Shown: piece by piece, positions 9,426-25,422 of the stretch
Layout of the letters: every line of letters begins with the position of its first letter
Numbering within the stretch: the first letter of the stretch is position 1
Source: Thermoanaerobaculia bacterium
Lineage (GTDB): Bacteria; Acidobacteriota; Thermoanaerobaculia; Multivoradales; UBA5704
Reading direction: 5' to 3'
NCBI GenBank assembly: GCA_044226625.1
Contig: JBGAGQ010000012.1
Span: forward strand, 1-64,000
Length of the DNA stretch: 64,000 nt
Program-made: the position numbers and the translations under genes
The notes under the pieces: generated by a model
The model's input: only the letters and a program-made list of their open reading frames with translations
What the model was told of the DNA's origin: nothing
Database searches by the model: none

Positions 9426-10520
9426 ATGGAAATCCGCGTTTCGCGCAGTGAGTTTCTTGCCGAGCTATCCCCCATGCTGGGCATCGCCGAGAAGAAGACG
9501 ACGATCCCGGTGCTGTCGCACCTCCTCCTTCAGGCGCGGGGTGCCAGGGTTTCGCTCGCGGCGACCGATCTCGACGTTTCCCTCACCAGCTGGTGCGACG
9601 CCGAAGTTTCGCAGCCCGGCGGTATCGCGCTCCAGGCGCGCAAGTTCACCGAGATCATCAGCTCACTGACCGGCGACGAGGTGCATCTGGTCCTCGAGGA
9701 GCCGCGAGCCCTCTCGATCCGCGCCGGCCGCTCTCGATTCAAGATCCATGGCCTTCCGCCCGACGATTTTCCGACCCTGCCGACCGTCGAGCCGACGCGC
9801 CGCATGGAGCTGCCTTTCGCCGATCTCAAGCGGATGATCGGGAAAGTCTTCTTCGCCGTGTCCGCGGAGGAGTCCCGGTTCCAGTTGAACGGGGCGCTGA
9901 TAAAGCTCAAGGGGAACAGCGTCGAGATGGTGGCGACCGATGGGCATCGGTTGGCCCTGGTCGAGCAGAAGGTCGAAGGGGCGGCGGAAGATTCGGTCCT
10001 CGCTCCGCGCAAGGCGCTGCAGGAGATCCAGCGGTTCGAGGGCGATGGCAACGTCGTCTTCGCCCGAGGCGAGCATCACCTGTCGTTCGGCTTGAATCGC
10101 CGCGAGCTCATCTGCCGCATCCTCGAGGGGACGTTTCCCGACTACGAGCGGGTCATCGCGCGCGACAACGACAAGCAGGCGATCTTCGATCGGCGGGCCC
10201 TGGGAGAGGCGGTCAAGCGCGTCGCCCTGATGACCGGCGATCGTGCGCGTGCGGTGCGGCTCGACCTCGAGGAAGGGCAGGTCACCGTCTCGGCGGTCAA
10301 CCAGGATCTAGGCGAAGCGGTCGAAGAGCTGGCCTGCGACTACTCCGGACCGGAGATTCGCGTCGGCATCAACCCGGACTACATGGCGCAGTTTTTGGCC
10401 GCGGTCGAGACCGAGAAGGTTCGCTTCGACCTCAAGGACGAGAACACGCAGTGCGTGGGTTATCCGGTCGATGGCTCCGATGCCCGGTACCTCTGCGTGA
10501 TCATGCCGATGAGGATCTGA
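9426..10520 (+). CDS. dnaN: DNA polymerase III beta clamp
   Basis: ATDLD, VATDGHRL, FPDYERVI, C-terminal VIMPMRI. Confidence 0.98.
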   Translation: MEIRVSRSEFLAELSPMLGIAEKKTTIPVLSHLLLQARGARVSLAATDLDVSLTSWCDAEVSQPGGIALQARKFTEIISSLTGDEVHLVLEEPRALSIRAGRSRFKIHGLPPDDFPTLPTVEPTRRMELPFADLKRMIGKVFFAVSAEESRFQLNGALIKLKGNSVEMVATDGHRLALVEQKVEGAAEDSVLAPRKALQEIQRFEGDGNVVFARGEHHLSFGLNRRELICRILEGTFPDYERVIARDNDKQAIFDRRALGEAVKRVALMTGDRARAVRLDLEEGQVTVSAVNQDLGEAVEELACDYSGPEIRVGINPDYMAQFLAAVETEKVRFDLKDENTQCVGYPVDGSDARYLCVIMPMRI

Positions 10521-10536
10521 AGCGGAAGCTTCTCCC

Positions 10537-14227
<3,691 letters not shown>

Positions 14228-14265
14228 GGAGCGATCCCGACGAATCTGCACCACGCAAGGATTCC

Positions 14266-16794
<2,529 letters not shown>

Positions 16795-16905
16795 AGGCCG
16801 ACGCAAGGCGCGCGGACCGTGCATCGTCCGCGTGCTCCGAAGCGCCCTCGGGAGCGAAACTTTCGCGGGCGCATCCTTCGAAGCAAAGGGTACGGAGGTA
16901 ACGAC

Positions 16906-17568
16906 ATGCAGTTCTTCCTCGATACGGCCGACGTCCAAGAAATTCAAACCGCCCTCGACTGGGGAATGCTCGACGGCGTCACGACCAACCCCTCGCTCAT
17001 CGCCAAGCAGGGCAAGCCCTATCTGCCGACCGTCAAGGAGATCGCGAACCTCGTTCCGGGTCCCGTATCCGGCGAAGTGCTCGCGCTCGAGTACGACGAG
17101 ATGCTCGATCAGGCGCATCGCCTGGCGGAGCTCGCCGACAACGTGGTCGTCAAGGTGCCGCTCAACCCACCCGGTCTGCGCCTCGTCCGCGCCCTCGGCG
17201 AGGAAGGCATCAAGACCAACGTGACCCTCTGTTTCTCCGCCGCCCAGGCGCTGATCGCGGCCAAGGCGGGAGCGACTTACATCTCTCCGTTCGTCGGTCG
17301 CCTCGACGACGTCGGCGAGGAAGGGATGAAGCTGATCGAGGACATCGTCGGCATCTACCAGAACTACGAGTTCGCCACCCAGGTGCTGGTGGCGTCGGCC
17401 CGCCATCCGATTCACGTCGTGCAGTCCGCGCAGATCGGGGCGGACGTCGTGACGATCCCCTTCAAGGTGCTCGAGGCGCTCTACAAGCACCCCCTCACCG
17501 ACGTCGGTCTCGATCGCTTCCTGGCCGATTGGAAGAAGACCGGCCGCTCGTTCGCCGACCAGGAGTAA
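16906..17568 (+). CDS. transaldolase / fructose-6-phosphate aldolase family
   Basis: [32 protein letters not shown] 16906 follows a GGAGG RBS. Confidence 0.93.
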   Translation: MQFFLDTADVQEIQTALDWGMLDGVTTNPSLIAKQGKPYLPTVKEIANLVPGPVSGEVLALEYDEMLDQAHRLAELADNVVVKVPLNPPGLRLVRALGEEGIKTNVTLCFSAAQALIAAKAGATYISPFVGRLDDVGEEGMKLIEDIVGIYQNYEFATQVLVASARHPIHVVQSAQIGADVVTIPFKVLEALYKHPLTDVGLDRFLADWKKTGRSFADQE

Positions 17569-17708
17569 GACGGGACCAGCCCGCGGCGCCCGGAGGGTTC
17601 CGGCACACCGGAGCCCTCCCGTGGACGCCCGGGCGCGGGGTAGGGCACCGCGGTCGAACCCGCGACGAAATGCGATAGATTCGCGCGGAACGACCTAGGA
17701 GTGTCCCG

Positions 17709-19094
17709 ATGGCCCTCGAATCCACCGACGTCCTCGCCCGTATCGAAGCCGAGAAAGAGGGCTATCTCGAAGAGCTCAAAGACTATCTCCGGATCCCGTC
17801 GATCTCGACCGATCCGGAGTACGCCGCCGAAGTGTCGCGCGCGGCCGACTTCCTGGTCGGCAAGCTGCGCGAGGCCGGCCTGACCGTCGAGAAGATCGCC
17901 ACCCACGGCCACCCGCTGGTCTACGCGGAATGGCTCGGCGCTCCGGGCAAACCCACCGTACTGTTTTACGGGCATTACGACGTCCAGCCCGCCGATCCGC
18001 TCTCGGAATGGCGGAACCCGCCGTTCGAGCCGACCGTCGAAGGGGACAAGCTGTACGCCCGCGGTGCCACCGACGACAAGGGGCAGTCGTTCGCCCACGT
18101 CAAGGGCGTTGCCGCGATGCTCAAGGAGCGCGGCAGCTTGCCGGTCAACGTCAAGTTCCTGGTCGAAGGCGAAGAGGAATCGGGCGGCGAATCGATCGAC
18201 CGCTACGTCCGCGAGGATGGCGGCAAAAGGCTCGCCTGCGACTGCGTGGTGGTCTCCGACTCTTCGATGTACGGTCCCGGTCAGCCGTCGCTCGTCTACG
18301 GTTTGAAAGGGCTCGCGTACATGGAGGTCAAGGTGACCGGACCGGTCCGAGATCTCCACTCCGGAACCTACGGAGGCGGCGTCGCGAACCCGCTGAACGC
18401 CCTCGGACACATCATCGCCCAGCTCCAGGATCGCGAGACCGGCAAAATCCTGATCCCCGGGTTTTACGACGACGTCAAGCCGCTCGAAGCGTGGGAGCGC
18501 GAGGAGTTCGCGCAGCTCCCCTTCGACGAGAAGGAGTACTGCGCGGAGCTCGGCATCTCCGAGACCTGGGGCGAGCAGGGCTACACGGTGCGCGAGCGAA
18601 CCTGGGCACGCCCGACCTGCGATGTCCATGGCCTGTTCGGCGGTTACCAGGCCAAAGGGGCGAAGACTGTCCTACCGTCTTGGTGCGGCGCGAAGGTGTC
18701 GATGCGTCTGGTGCCCGACCAGGATTCGGAGAAGATCGCCCGGCAGTTTTCCGACTACGTCCGCTCGATCGCCCCGCACGGCGTGAAGGTCGAGGTCGAA
18801 TACCTCCACGGTGGCAAGGCGGTTGGCGTTTCGACCGAGGGGCCGTTCGTCGAGGCGGCGCTCTCGGCGATGGAAGACGTCTGGGGCAAGCGTCCGGTCC
18901 GCGTTCGCGAGGGGGGCTCGATCCCGATCGTCGCGACCTTCTCCGACGTGCTGCGCACACCCGTGCTCCTGCTCGGCTTTGGCCTGAACGACGACGCGCT
19001 CCACTCGCCGAACGAGAAATTCAACATCAGTCACTTCTACAACGGGATCCGGGCCGTCGCACGGCTGCTCGATCGCGTCGGCGAGGTGCGGTAA
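17709..19094 (+). CDS. M20 family dipeptidase
   Basis: YGHYDVQP, RGATDDKG, EGEEESG, HSPNE. Confidence 0.93.
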   Translation: MALESTDVLARIEAEKEGYLEELKDYLRIPSISTDPEYAAEVSRAADFLVGKLREAGLTVEKIATHGHPLVYAEWLGAPGKPTVLFYGHYDVQPADPLSEWRNPPFEPTVEGDKLYARGATDDKGQSFAHVKGVAAMLKERGSLPVNVKFLVEGEEESGGESIDRYVREDGGKRLACDCVVVSDSSMYGPGQPSLVYGLKGLAYMEVKVTGPVRDLHSGTYGGGVANPLNALGHIIAQLQDRETGKILIPGFYDDVKPLEAWEREEFAQLPFDEKEYCAELGISETWGEQGYTVRERTWARPTCDVHGLFGGYQAKGAKTVLPSWCGAKVSMRLVPDQDSEKIARQFSDYVRSIAPHGVKVEVEYLHGGKAVGVSTEGPFVEAALSAMEDVWGKRPVRVREGGSIPIVATFSDVLRTPVLLLGFGLNDDALHSPNEKFNISHFYNGIRAVARLLDRVGEVR

Positions 19095-19137
19095 GCCGCT
19101 CGAGTCTCCGAGAGGTTCCAAAGGAAGTGCCGCGGTC

Positions 19138-19698
19138 ATGAAGTCCAAAGGAATCGAGCGCGAGATCAAATTTCCCCAGGTGGAGCTCGACGACCTGCGC
19201 CAACGGCTCGTCGAGCTCGAAGCGGAGCGCCGGGCGCCGGGCGCGTTCGAGGACAACTGGATCTTCGATCGCAGCGACGAGCTGCGCCAGGCGGGCCGCG
19301 TCCTCCGGTTGCGGATCGACGGCTCGGGGGGGCGCGTCACCTTGAAGGGACCCATGCAGCTCGAAGGCAACGTCAAGGTCCGCGAGGAGCGAGAGTTCGG
19401 CGTCAACGACGCGGAAGAGGCCCGCGCCCTGCTCGAGGGCCTCGGGTACCGCGTCGTCTCGCGCTATCAGAAGGTCCGCGAGGAATGGCAGCTCGGCGGC
19501 GTGACGATCGCGCTCGATCACACGCCGCTCGGCGACTTCGCCGAATTCGAAGGCGAGGGAGCCGAGACCGTCGCGAAGCGCTGCGGCTTCGATCCCAAGA
19601 ACGGCGAGAAGCGCTCCTACCTTCGGCTCTACGAGGATCACCTCAAAGAGCATCCGGAAGCGCCCCCCGAGATGGTGTTCCCGGCGGGCAGCCGGTAG
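19138..19698 (+). CDS. CYTH-domain protein (class IV adenylate cyclase-like)
   Basis: ExExK motif (EREIK), LRLR, TLKG, REEWE/EFE motifs. Confidence 0.88.
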   Translation: MKSKGIEREIKFPQVELDDLRQRLVELEAERRAPGAFEDNWIFDRSDELRQAGRVLRLRIDGSGGRVTLKGPMQLEGNVKVREEREFGVNDAEEARALLEGLGYRVVSRYQKVREEWQLGGVTIALDHTPLGDFAEFEGEGAETVAKRCGFDPKNGEKRSYLRLYEDHLKEHPEAPPEMVFPAGSR

Positions 19699-19717
19699 GC
19701 GCGTCGCTTCCGCGGCG

Positions 19718-20722
19718 ATGCCGAAGGTCCTTCCGAACCGAAAGCCCTCTTTCCGCGGCGTGGTGCTCGCCGCGGGCCTCGGCCTTCGGCTCCGGCCGCT
19801 CACCCTCGAAACGCCGAAGCCGTTGCTGCCTGTCGCCGGCCGGCCAGTTGTCGCATGGACGCTGGATCGTCTGGTGCGGGCAGGGTGCGAAGCGGCGGCG
19901 CTGAACCTCCATCACCTCGGCGACCGGATCCGCGCGACGTTCGGCAATTCCTACCGGGGGATGCCGATCGAGTACTTCGACGAGCCGGAGATTCTCGGCA
20001 CGCTCGGCGCGCTGCCGCCGATGCGAGATTTCCTCTCCCGGGCCGATCTGGCGATCGTCGTGAACGGCGATTCGCTCTGCCGCTGGCCGGTCGACACGCT
20101 CCTCGCCCGCCATCTGGAAAGCGGCGCGCGCGCGACCCTCCTGCTCGCCGGCCGCCCCGACCCGGAAGAGCTCGGCGGAGGATTGGGCGTCGACCGCGCG
20201 GGGCGGGTCGTTCAAATGCGGACCGCTCCACCGGTTGGCACGATCGCTCGCCGCATCGCCTTCGCCGGCATGCACGCCTTCTCCCCGGACCTCCTCGCCG
20301 ACGTTCCGCCCGGGCCGGCCGACATCGTCGAGAGCCTCTATCTGCCCATGCTCGCTCGCGGCGAGCGGATCGCCTCCCTGGTAACCCGGGCCCGTTGGCA
20401 CGATCTCGGAACGCCGGCCCGATATCTCGACGGCGCGCTCGAATGGGTGTCGGGGCGACCGCTGCAGCGCTGGATATCGCCCGAGGCCACGGTTTCGCCG
20501 GAGGTGTCGATCGAGGGATCGATCGTCGAGGCGGGATGCGCGGTCGAAGCGGGCGCCCGGATCGAGCGCTCGCTCTGCCTGCCGGGAGCGATCGTCCGCG
20601 GCGGAAGCGTCGTGCGGGGCTCGATCGTCGGTCCCGGCGCCGAGGTGGCGGCCGGCCGGAAGCTCGCCGGTCAGCTCCTGGTCCGTCGCGGTGACGCCCT
20701 TCCTCTCGATGCCATTCAGTAG
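19718..20722 (+). CDS. sugar-phosphate nucleotidyltransferase with hexapeptide-repeat tail
   Basis: LAAGLGLRLRPLT..PKPLLPV, NGD, WHDLGTP. Confidence 0.88.
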   Translation: MPKVLPNRKPSFRGVVLAAGLGLRLRPLTLETPKPLLPVAGRPVVAWTLDRLVRAGCEAAALNLHHLGDRIRATFGNSYRGMPIEYFDEPEILGTLGALPPMRDFLSRADLAIVVNGDSLCRWPVDTLLARHLESGARATLLLAGRPDPEELGGGLGVDRAGRVVQMRTAPPVGTIARRIAFAGMHAFSPDLLADVPPGPADIVESLYLPMLARGERIASLVTRARWHDLGTPARYLDGALEWVSGRPLQRWISPEATVSPEVSIEGSIVEAGCAVEAGARIERSLCLPGAIVRGGSVVRGSIVGPGAEVAAGRKLAGQLLVRRGDALPLDAIQ

Positions 20723-20737
20723 AATCGGGGGCCCGAG

Positions 20738-21415
20738 ATGACCTCCTCACCCCGAACCAACGCCTCCCGCGCGTTTCGCCTGCTGGTCTTCGACTGGGAC
20801 GGGACGCTGATGGATTCGATCGCGACGATCGTCGCCTGTACCCAGGCGGCGCTCGGCGACCTCGGCCTCGCGCCGCCCCCCGAGGAGAAGGTTCGCCGCG
20901 TGGTCGGCATGGGGCTCCGCGAAACCATCGAAGAGCTCTGGCCGGACTGCGACGAGGCAAGCCTCGAACGGATTCGCGACAGCTATCGGCGTCATTGGCA
21001 CGAGACGTTTCGCGACCGGCCGATCCTCTACCCGGGGGTCGAGGCGATGCTGCGAGGTCTCGCCGAAGCCGGATATCTCCTGGCGGTCGCGACCGGCAAG
21101 AGCCGCCGCGGACTCGACCACGCGCTCGCGCAAACCCGCCTCGAAGGGCTTTTCCATTTCACCCGCACGGTGGACGAGGCGCCTTCGAAGCCACACCCCA
21201 AAATGCTGCTCGACATTCTCGAGAACCTCGGGGCGCGCGCCGACGAAGCGCTGGTGATCGGCGACACGACCTACGATCTCGGCATGGCGATGAACGCGGG
21301 CGCGCGGGCCGTCGGCATCCTCTCCGGAACGCACACGCGCGAGGATCTCGAAGGGGCGGGCGCGGCGGTCTGCTTGGCGTCGGTCACGGACGTTCCGGCC
21401 TGGCTCGCCGGCTGA
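20738..21415 (+). CDS. HAD-IA phosphatase (phosphoglycolate phosphatase-like)
   Basis: FDWDGTL, VATGK, SKPHP, IGDTTYD. Confidence 0.9.
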   Translation: MTSSPRTNASRAFRLLVFDWDGTLMDSIATIVACTQAALGDLGLAPPPEEKVRRVVGMGLRETIEELWPDCDEASLERIRDSYRRHWHETFRDRPILYPGVEAMLRGLAEAGYLLAVATGKSRRGLDHALAQTRLEGLFHFTRTVDEAPSKPHPKMLLDILENLGARADEALVIGDTTYDLGMAMNAGARAVGILSGTHTREDLEGAGAAVCLASVTDVPAWLAG

Positions 21416-21431
21416 AGATCGCGCGCTCCCC

Positions 21432-21463
21432 AAAAAACGACGAGCCCGCTTTCGCGGGCTCGC
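21432..21463 (-). terminator. intrinsic terminator downstream of the DUF2911 gene
   Basis: Minus strand reads GCGAGCCCGC-GAAA-GCGGGCTCGT followed by CGTTTTTT. Confidence 0.75.
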
Positions 21464-21493
21464 GGGTTCCAAATCGAGACAACGGCGCCGGGT

Positions 21494-22342
21494 CTACTTC
21501 TTCGCCTTCCACTCGGCGACGGACTTCTCGAGCGCCGCCACCTGGTCCGCGGCGGGCGGCTGGGCCGCCGTCTTCGCCGCCGCGAGAGCGCGTTCGCCAG
21601 CGGCCACCGCTTCCTTCACCCGTCCCTGCTTGGCGTAGAGGTTCGCCTCCGCCCGCAGGTTGTTGAAGTTGGCGTCGAGGGCGATCGAGGCGTCCAGCCA
21701 CTTCTCGGCCTTGTCCGCGCAGCCGTTGTCGACGCACCAGGCGGCTCCCTGGTAGAGAGTCTGCCAGCGCTGCTTGGCGGCGACCTGGGCCGCCGTGTCG
21801 ACCTCGATCTTGAACGGCACCGAGAGCTTTTCCCAGATCAGCTTGACCGTCGCCGAGTTGTCGGTGAGGTCGTCGAAATAGAACTCCATCCGCTCCTTGA
21901 CGTGCTGGTTCGGGACCGGAGTCACGGTCACGCGCAACGCGTCGTGCTCGGGCTTGTAGTTATAGGCGCCCCACTCGTCCGCGTCCTTGGAGAGGATCAG
22001 CGTCCACTCCTTCTCGGTCGGGATCGTCTGCAGGCCGTACGTCCCCGCCGGGACCTCCTTGCCCTCCACCTTGACCGCCGTCGAGAAGGTGATCGTCGTG
22101 TTCTCGTTCGCGCCGGTGCGCCAGACCTCGCCGAAGGGAACGAGCTCGCCCCAGATCTTCCGTCCCTTGACTCCCGGCCGGCTGTAGCGGATCGAAACGT
22201 CGGTCAAGCCGATCGTCTGCGAAACCATGGCGCCCGGCGAAGGCCGCGGGGCGGAGAGCTGCGAGGTCTGCGCGCTCGCGGCCGAGGCGGCGAGGGCCGT
22301 CCCCGCAAGCAGGGAAAGGGCCAAGCGGTGCGTACGTTTCAT
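21494..22342 (-). CDS. secreted DUF2911-domain protein with TPR-like C-terminus
   Basis: Signal peptide; YSRPGVKGRKIWGELVPFGEVWRTGANE motif. Confidence 0.88.
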   Translation of the reverse strand: MKRTHRLALSLLAGTALAASAASAQTSQLSAPRPSPGAMVSQTIGLTDVSIRYSRPGVKGRKIWGELVPFGEVWRTGANENTTITFSTAVKVEGKEVPAGTYGLQTIPTEKEWTLILSKDADEWGAYNYKPEHDALRVTVTPVPNQHVKERMEFYFDDLTDNSATVKLIWEKLSVPFKIEVDTAAQVAAKQRWQTLYQGAAWCVDNGCADKAEKWLDASIALDANFNNLRAEANLYAKQGRVKEAVAAGERALAAAKTAAQPPAADQVAALEKSVAEWKAKK

Positions 22343-22468
22343 CGGTCGTCCTCCTAAAAAAGGGCTAGAAATCCCGCGAAAGGCCGGGCCTCCCGCGACC
22401 AGCAGGCCGGGCGCGAAAGCTTATCGCACGAATCCCACGGGACGACCCCTCCCCCGCTCGCGACCGCC

Positions 22469-23659
22469 TCAGCCGATGCGACCGAACACCTCTCCCACCT
22501 GTTCCCAGCCGACCCGCATCAGAAAGCTGGTGTTGCGCCCGTACGACTTGATCCCCAGGATGTAGAAGTTTGGTTCCGGGTTCGCGAGCGTATCGGCGCC
22601 ATGGCTCGTCTGGGTCAGGCAATCGCCGCCGCCGCTCGCGCCCAGGAGCGCGGCGGATAACTTCATGGGAGCCGAGAAGGCATAGCACTCGTGGATCTGC
22701 AGCTCCCGGTAGAGCCGGTCGTCTGGAACGTAGCCGGTGAGCGAGAGCACGCGGTCGACCGAGACCGTCTCCACTCCGGCCGCCGACCGGAGGCCGACCT
22801 CGATCTTCCCGCTCGACCTTCGCAGCGATTCGACCACGACGCCTTTTTTGACCTCGACCGCGGGCGAGCCGCCCGCGGCGATCGCCGCGGCGTCCGCGAC
22901 CAGCCGACCGCGCTCGGGGAGCGGATCGGCTGACGCTTCGACGCAGGAGCCCTCCTCCCCGCGCAGCGCCCAGACGGTTCGGGTGCCTGGAGCGCGTTCG
23001 GCGAGCCGCGCGAGCGATCGCGCCGCGGTCCGCGCCGAATGCCCGCCGCCCACGAGCAGCACCGTCCGCCCCGCCCAGCCTTCCTCCCTCTCGAAATCCG
23101 GCAGCCGCCGGGAGACGGCCCCGTCGAGCGCGCGCTCGCCCGGCGCGGGGATGCCGCCGTCGCCGAGAAGGTTCGGGTTCGAGTAGGTCCCCGTGCAGTC
23201 GAGCACCACCGAGGCGTGCTCGATCCGCTCCTCGCCGTCGCGGTCGGCGATCAGCAGACGAAACGGCCTCGCCGCGCGCGCGGGCGAGGAAATCTCCTCG
23301 TGCTTGAGCAGCCCCTCCCGCCCGACCGCGACGACTCGGGACGAGAGCCGGATGTGCGGAGCGACGGCAGGCAGCGCGGCGAGCGGCTCGAGCAGACGGT
23401 CCACCAACTCGTCGCCGGTGGGGCAGCTCTCGCCCTCGGGAACTTCGACGCCCGCCGCTACGAGCGCGGCGCGCATCCGCGGCGAGACGTTCATCGACCA
23501 CGGGGTGAAGAGGCCGACGTGGCCCCAGGCGCGGACGTGGCCGGCGATTCGAGGCGCGGCCTCGTACAGCGTGAAGTCGAGGCCGCGCTCCGCCGCGGCA
23601 AGGGCGGCCTCCAGGCCGGTCGGTCCGGAGCCGAGGATCGCGAGGTGGGTGTTCGTCAT
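22469..23659 (-). CDS. FAD/NAD(P)-dependent flavoprotein monooxygenase, ArsO/ArsV-like
   Basis: GSGPTG FAD fold, LFTPWSMN, GGGHSA, ELQIHECY, GIKSYGR motifs. Start MTNTH at 23659 after an AAGGAGG RBS. Confidence 0.75.
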   Translation of the reverse strand: MTNTHLAILGSGPTGLEAALAAAERGLDFTLYEAAPRIAGHVRAWGHVGLFTPWSMNVSPRMRAALVAAGVEVPEGESCPTGDELVDRLLEPLAALPAVAPHIRLSSRVVAVGREGLLKHEEISSPARAARPFRLLIADRDGEERIEHASVVLDCTGTYSNPNLLGDGGIPAPGERALDGAVSRRLPDFEREEGWAGRTVLLVGGGHSARTAARSLARLAERAPGTRTVWALRGEEGSCVEASADPLPERGRLVADAAAIAAGGSPAVEVKKGVVVESLRRSSGKIEVGLRSAAGVETVSVDRVLSLTGYVPDDRLYRELQIHECYAFSAPMKLSAALLGASGGGDCLTQTSHGADTLANPEPNFYILGIKSYGRNTSFLMRVGWEQVGEVFGRIG

Positions 23660-23690
23660 GCTTCCTCCTTCAGGGATCGAAACCTTCGAT

Positions 23691-24578
23691 TCATGCGCGC
23701 TCGCTCTCCAGGAAGCGGGCGAGCTCGACGCTTTGCGGATTCGCGAGCCGCTCGCGGCAGGCGCCGCATTCGACCAGCTCGCCCGCGGGGCCACCCGGGC
23801 CGTCGCGCCGGTCGAGGCAGGCGATCTCGTCCGCCGTCCGCCGCGCCTGACCGAGCGAATGGGTGACCAGGACGATCGCCCGGCTCTTCGCCAGCTCGCG
23901 GATCCGCTCTTCGATCGCCTCGGTCGAACGCGGGTCGAGCGCGCTCGTCGGCTCGTCCAAGAGGAGGACTCGCGGGTCGACTGCGAGCGCACGAGCGAGA
24001 CAGAGCCGCTGCTGCTGGCCGACCGAAAGCTGGGCGGCGGGATCCTTCAGGCGGTCCTTCACCTCGGCCCACAAGGCGGCCTCGACCAGGGCGCGCTCCA
24101 GCCGCTCGGGCAGGTGCCGTCGCGGTACGAGCCCGGCGTGGCGCAGGCCAAAGAGCACGTTCTCCGCGACAGTGCCGGGAAAGAGGACCGGACGCTGGAA
24201 GAGCATGCCGACCTGTCGGCGTACGGCGTCCACCGGCTGGCGCCGAATCGAGCCGCCGAACAGAAGGACCTCGCCTTCCATGCGCAGCCCCGGCGAAAGC
24301 TCGACCATCCGATTCAGGCAGGAGAGCAACGTCGTCTTGCCCGCGCCCGAGGAGCCGATCAACGCGAGGACCCGCCGGTCCGGAAGGCGGAGGTCGACGC
24401 CGCGCAAGAGCGGGCGCTCGCCCTGGAAGACGCCCAGGCCGCGGGCCTCGAGGGCCGGCGCCTCGAAGGCTTCGACGACCGGCGACCGGAGCGCGTCGAC
24501 GATCTTTCCGTCCGCCGCGCAGTCCACCGCCGGGCAGCAGCCGTCGGTCGGCTCGACCGCGTACAGGGCTTCAGCCAT
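23691..24578 (-). CDS. pstB: phosphate-type ABC transporter ATPase (PstB-like) with Cys-rich N-terminal extension
   Basis: GSSGAGKTT, CLNRM, LSVGQQQRLCLARAL, LLDEPTSALDP. Confidence 0.85.
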   Translation of the reverse strand: MAEALYAVEPTDGCCPAVDCAADGKIVDALRSPVVEAFEAPALEARGLGVFQGERPLLRGVDLRLPDRRVLALIGSSGAGKTTLLSCLNRMVELSPGLRMEGEVLLFGGSIRRQPVDAVRRQVGMLFQRPVLFPGTVAENVLFGLRHAGLVPRRHLPERLERALVEAALWAEVKDRLKDPAAQLSVGQQQRLCLARALAVDPRVLLLDEPTSALDPRSTEAIEERIRELAKSRAIVLVTHSLGQARRTADEIACLDRRDGPGGPAGELVECGACRERLANPQSVELARFLESERA

Positions 24579-25422
24579 GGCGTGCCTCCTCATGGGCGCG
24601 CAGCCGGATCGGCAGGGCGACGAGGCTCGCGCCGGCGACCAAGCCGAGCAGCGCGAGCGCGGCGCCCCAGAGATGCCTCTCGCCGGCCGGCGAAAAGGAA
24701 TCCTGCGCGAGGACGAAGATGTGGTACGGCAGGGCGAGCACCGGGCTCTCCCGGATGCCTCGCGGGATCTCGGCGCCGGAAAAGACCGCGGCGGCGAAAA
24801 GAATCGGCGCGGTCTCACCCGCCGCGCGCGCGAGTCCGAGCAGCGCCCCCGAGATCAAACCGCCCAGGCTCTGCCGCAGAATGACCGAGCGGGCGACCTG
24901 GGCTCTGGTGAGACCGAGCCCGTAAGCCGCCTCGACGTAGGTTCGCGGCAACGCTTCGATGCGCTCGATGAGCGCGATCGTCTCGGCCGGGAGGATCATC
25001 AGGCCGAGGAGCAAACCGCCGCCGAGCCACGATTTGCCCCAACCGAGCCCGTGGACGAAGACGACGAATCCGCCGATGCCGAGCAAGACCGAGGGGATGG
25101 CGTTCGCCGCGTAAAGCGCCGAGAGCGCGCCGCGCCGCAGGCCCGGGCGGGGGAGATACACGGTGGCGGCAAGCGCCAGCCCGACCGCGAACGGCAGGCT
25201 CGCGGCGAGCGCGGTCGCGATCAGGATCGCGGTGCCCGCGAGCTCGTAGAGCACCCCGCCCTCGGCGCCCGAACCGGACGAAGGCCGGACGTAGAAAGAG
25301 GGATCGAAGGCCGAACCGCCTCGGCCGACGATCTCTCCGAGCGCGATCGCGAGGACGCCGAGCACCGCGAATGCCGCGAGCGCGCACCCCCCGATCAGGG
25401 CCCGGCTCACCCATTTACGCAT
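24571..25422 (-). CDS. pstA: phosphate-type ABC permease PstA-like
   Basis: IPSVLLG, EAAYGLG EAA loop, ARAAGETAPIL. Confidence 0.85.
   Translation of the reverse strand: MRKWVSRALIGGCALAAFAVLGVLAIALGEIVGRGGSAFDPSFYVRPSSGSGAEGGVLYELAGTAILIATALAASLPFAVGLALAATVYLPRPGLRRGALSALYAANAIPSVLLGIGGFVVFVHGLGWGKSWLGGGLLLGLMILPAETIALIERIEALPRTYVEAAYGLGLTRAQVARSVILRQSLGGLISGALLGLARAAGETAPILFAAAVFSGAEIPRGIRESPVLALPYHIFVLAQDSFSPAGERHLWGAALALLGLVAGASLVALPIRLRAHEEARHG

Noticed and set aside
19718-21415. Nucleotidyltransferase plus HAD as MurU/MupP peptidoglycan-recycling enzymes
   Set aside because: No AmgK-like kinase nearby, and the motifs do not discriminate from generic family members.
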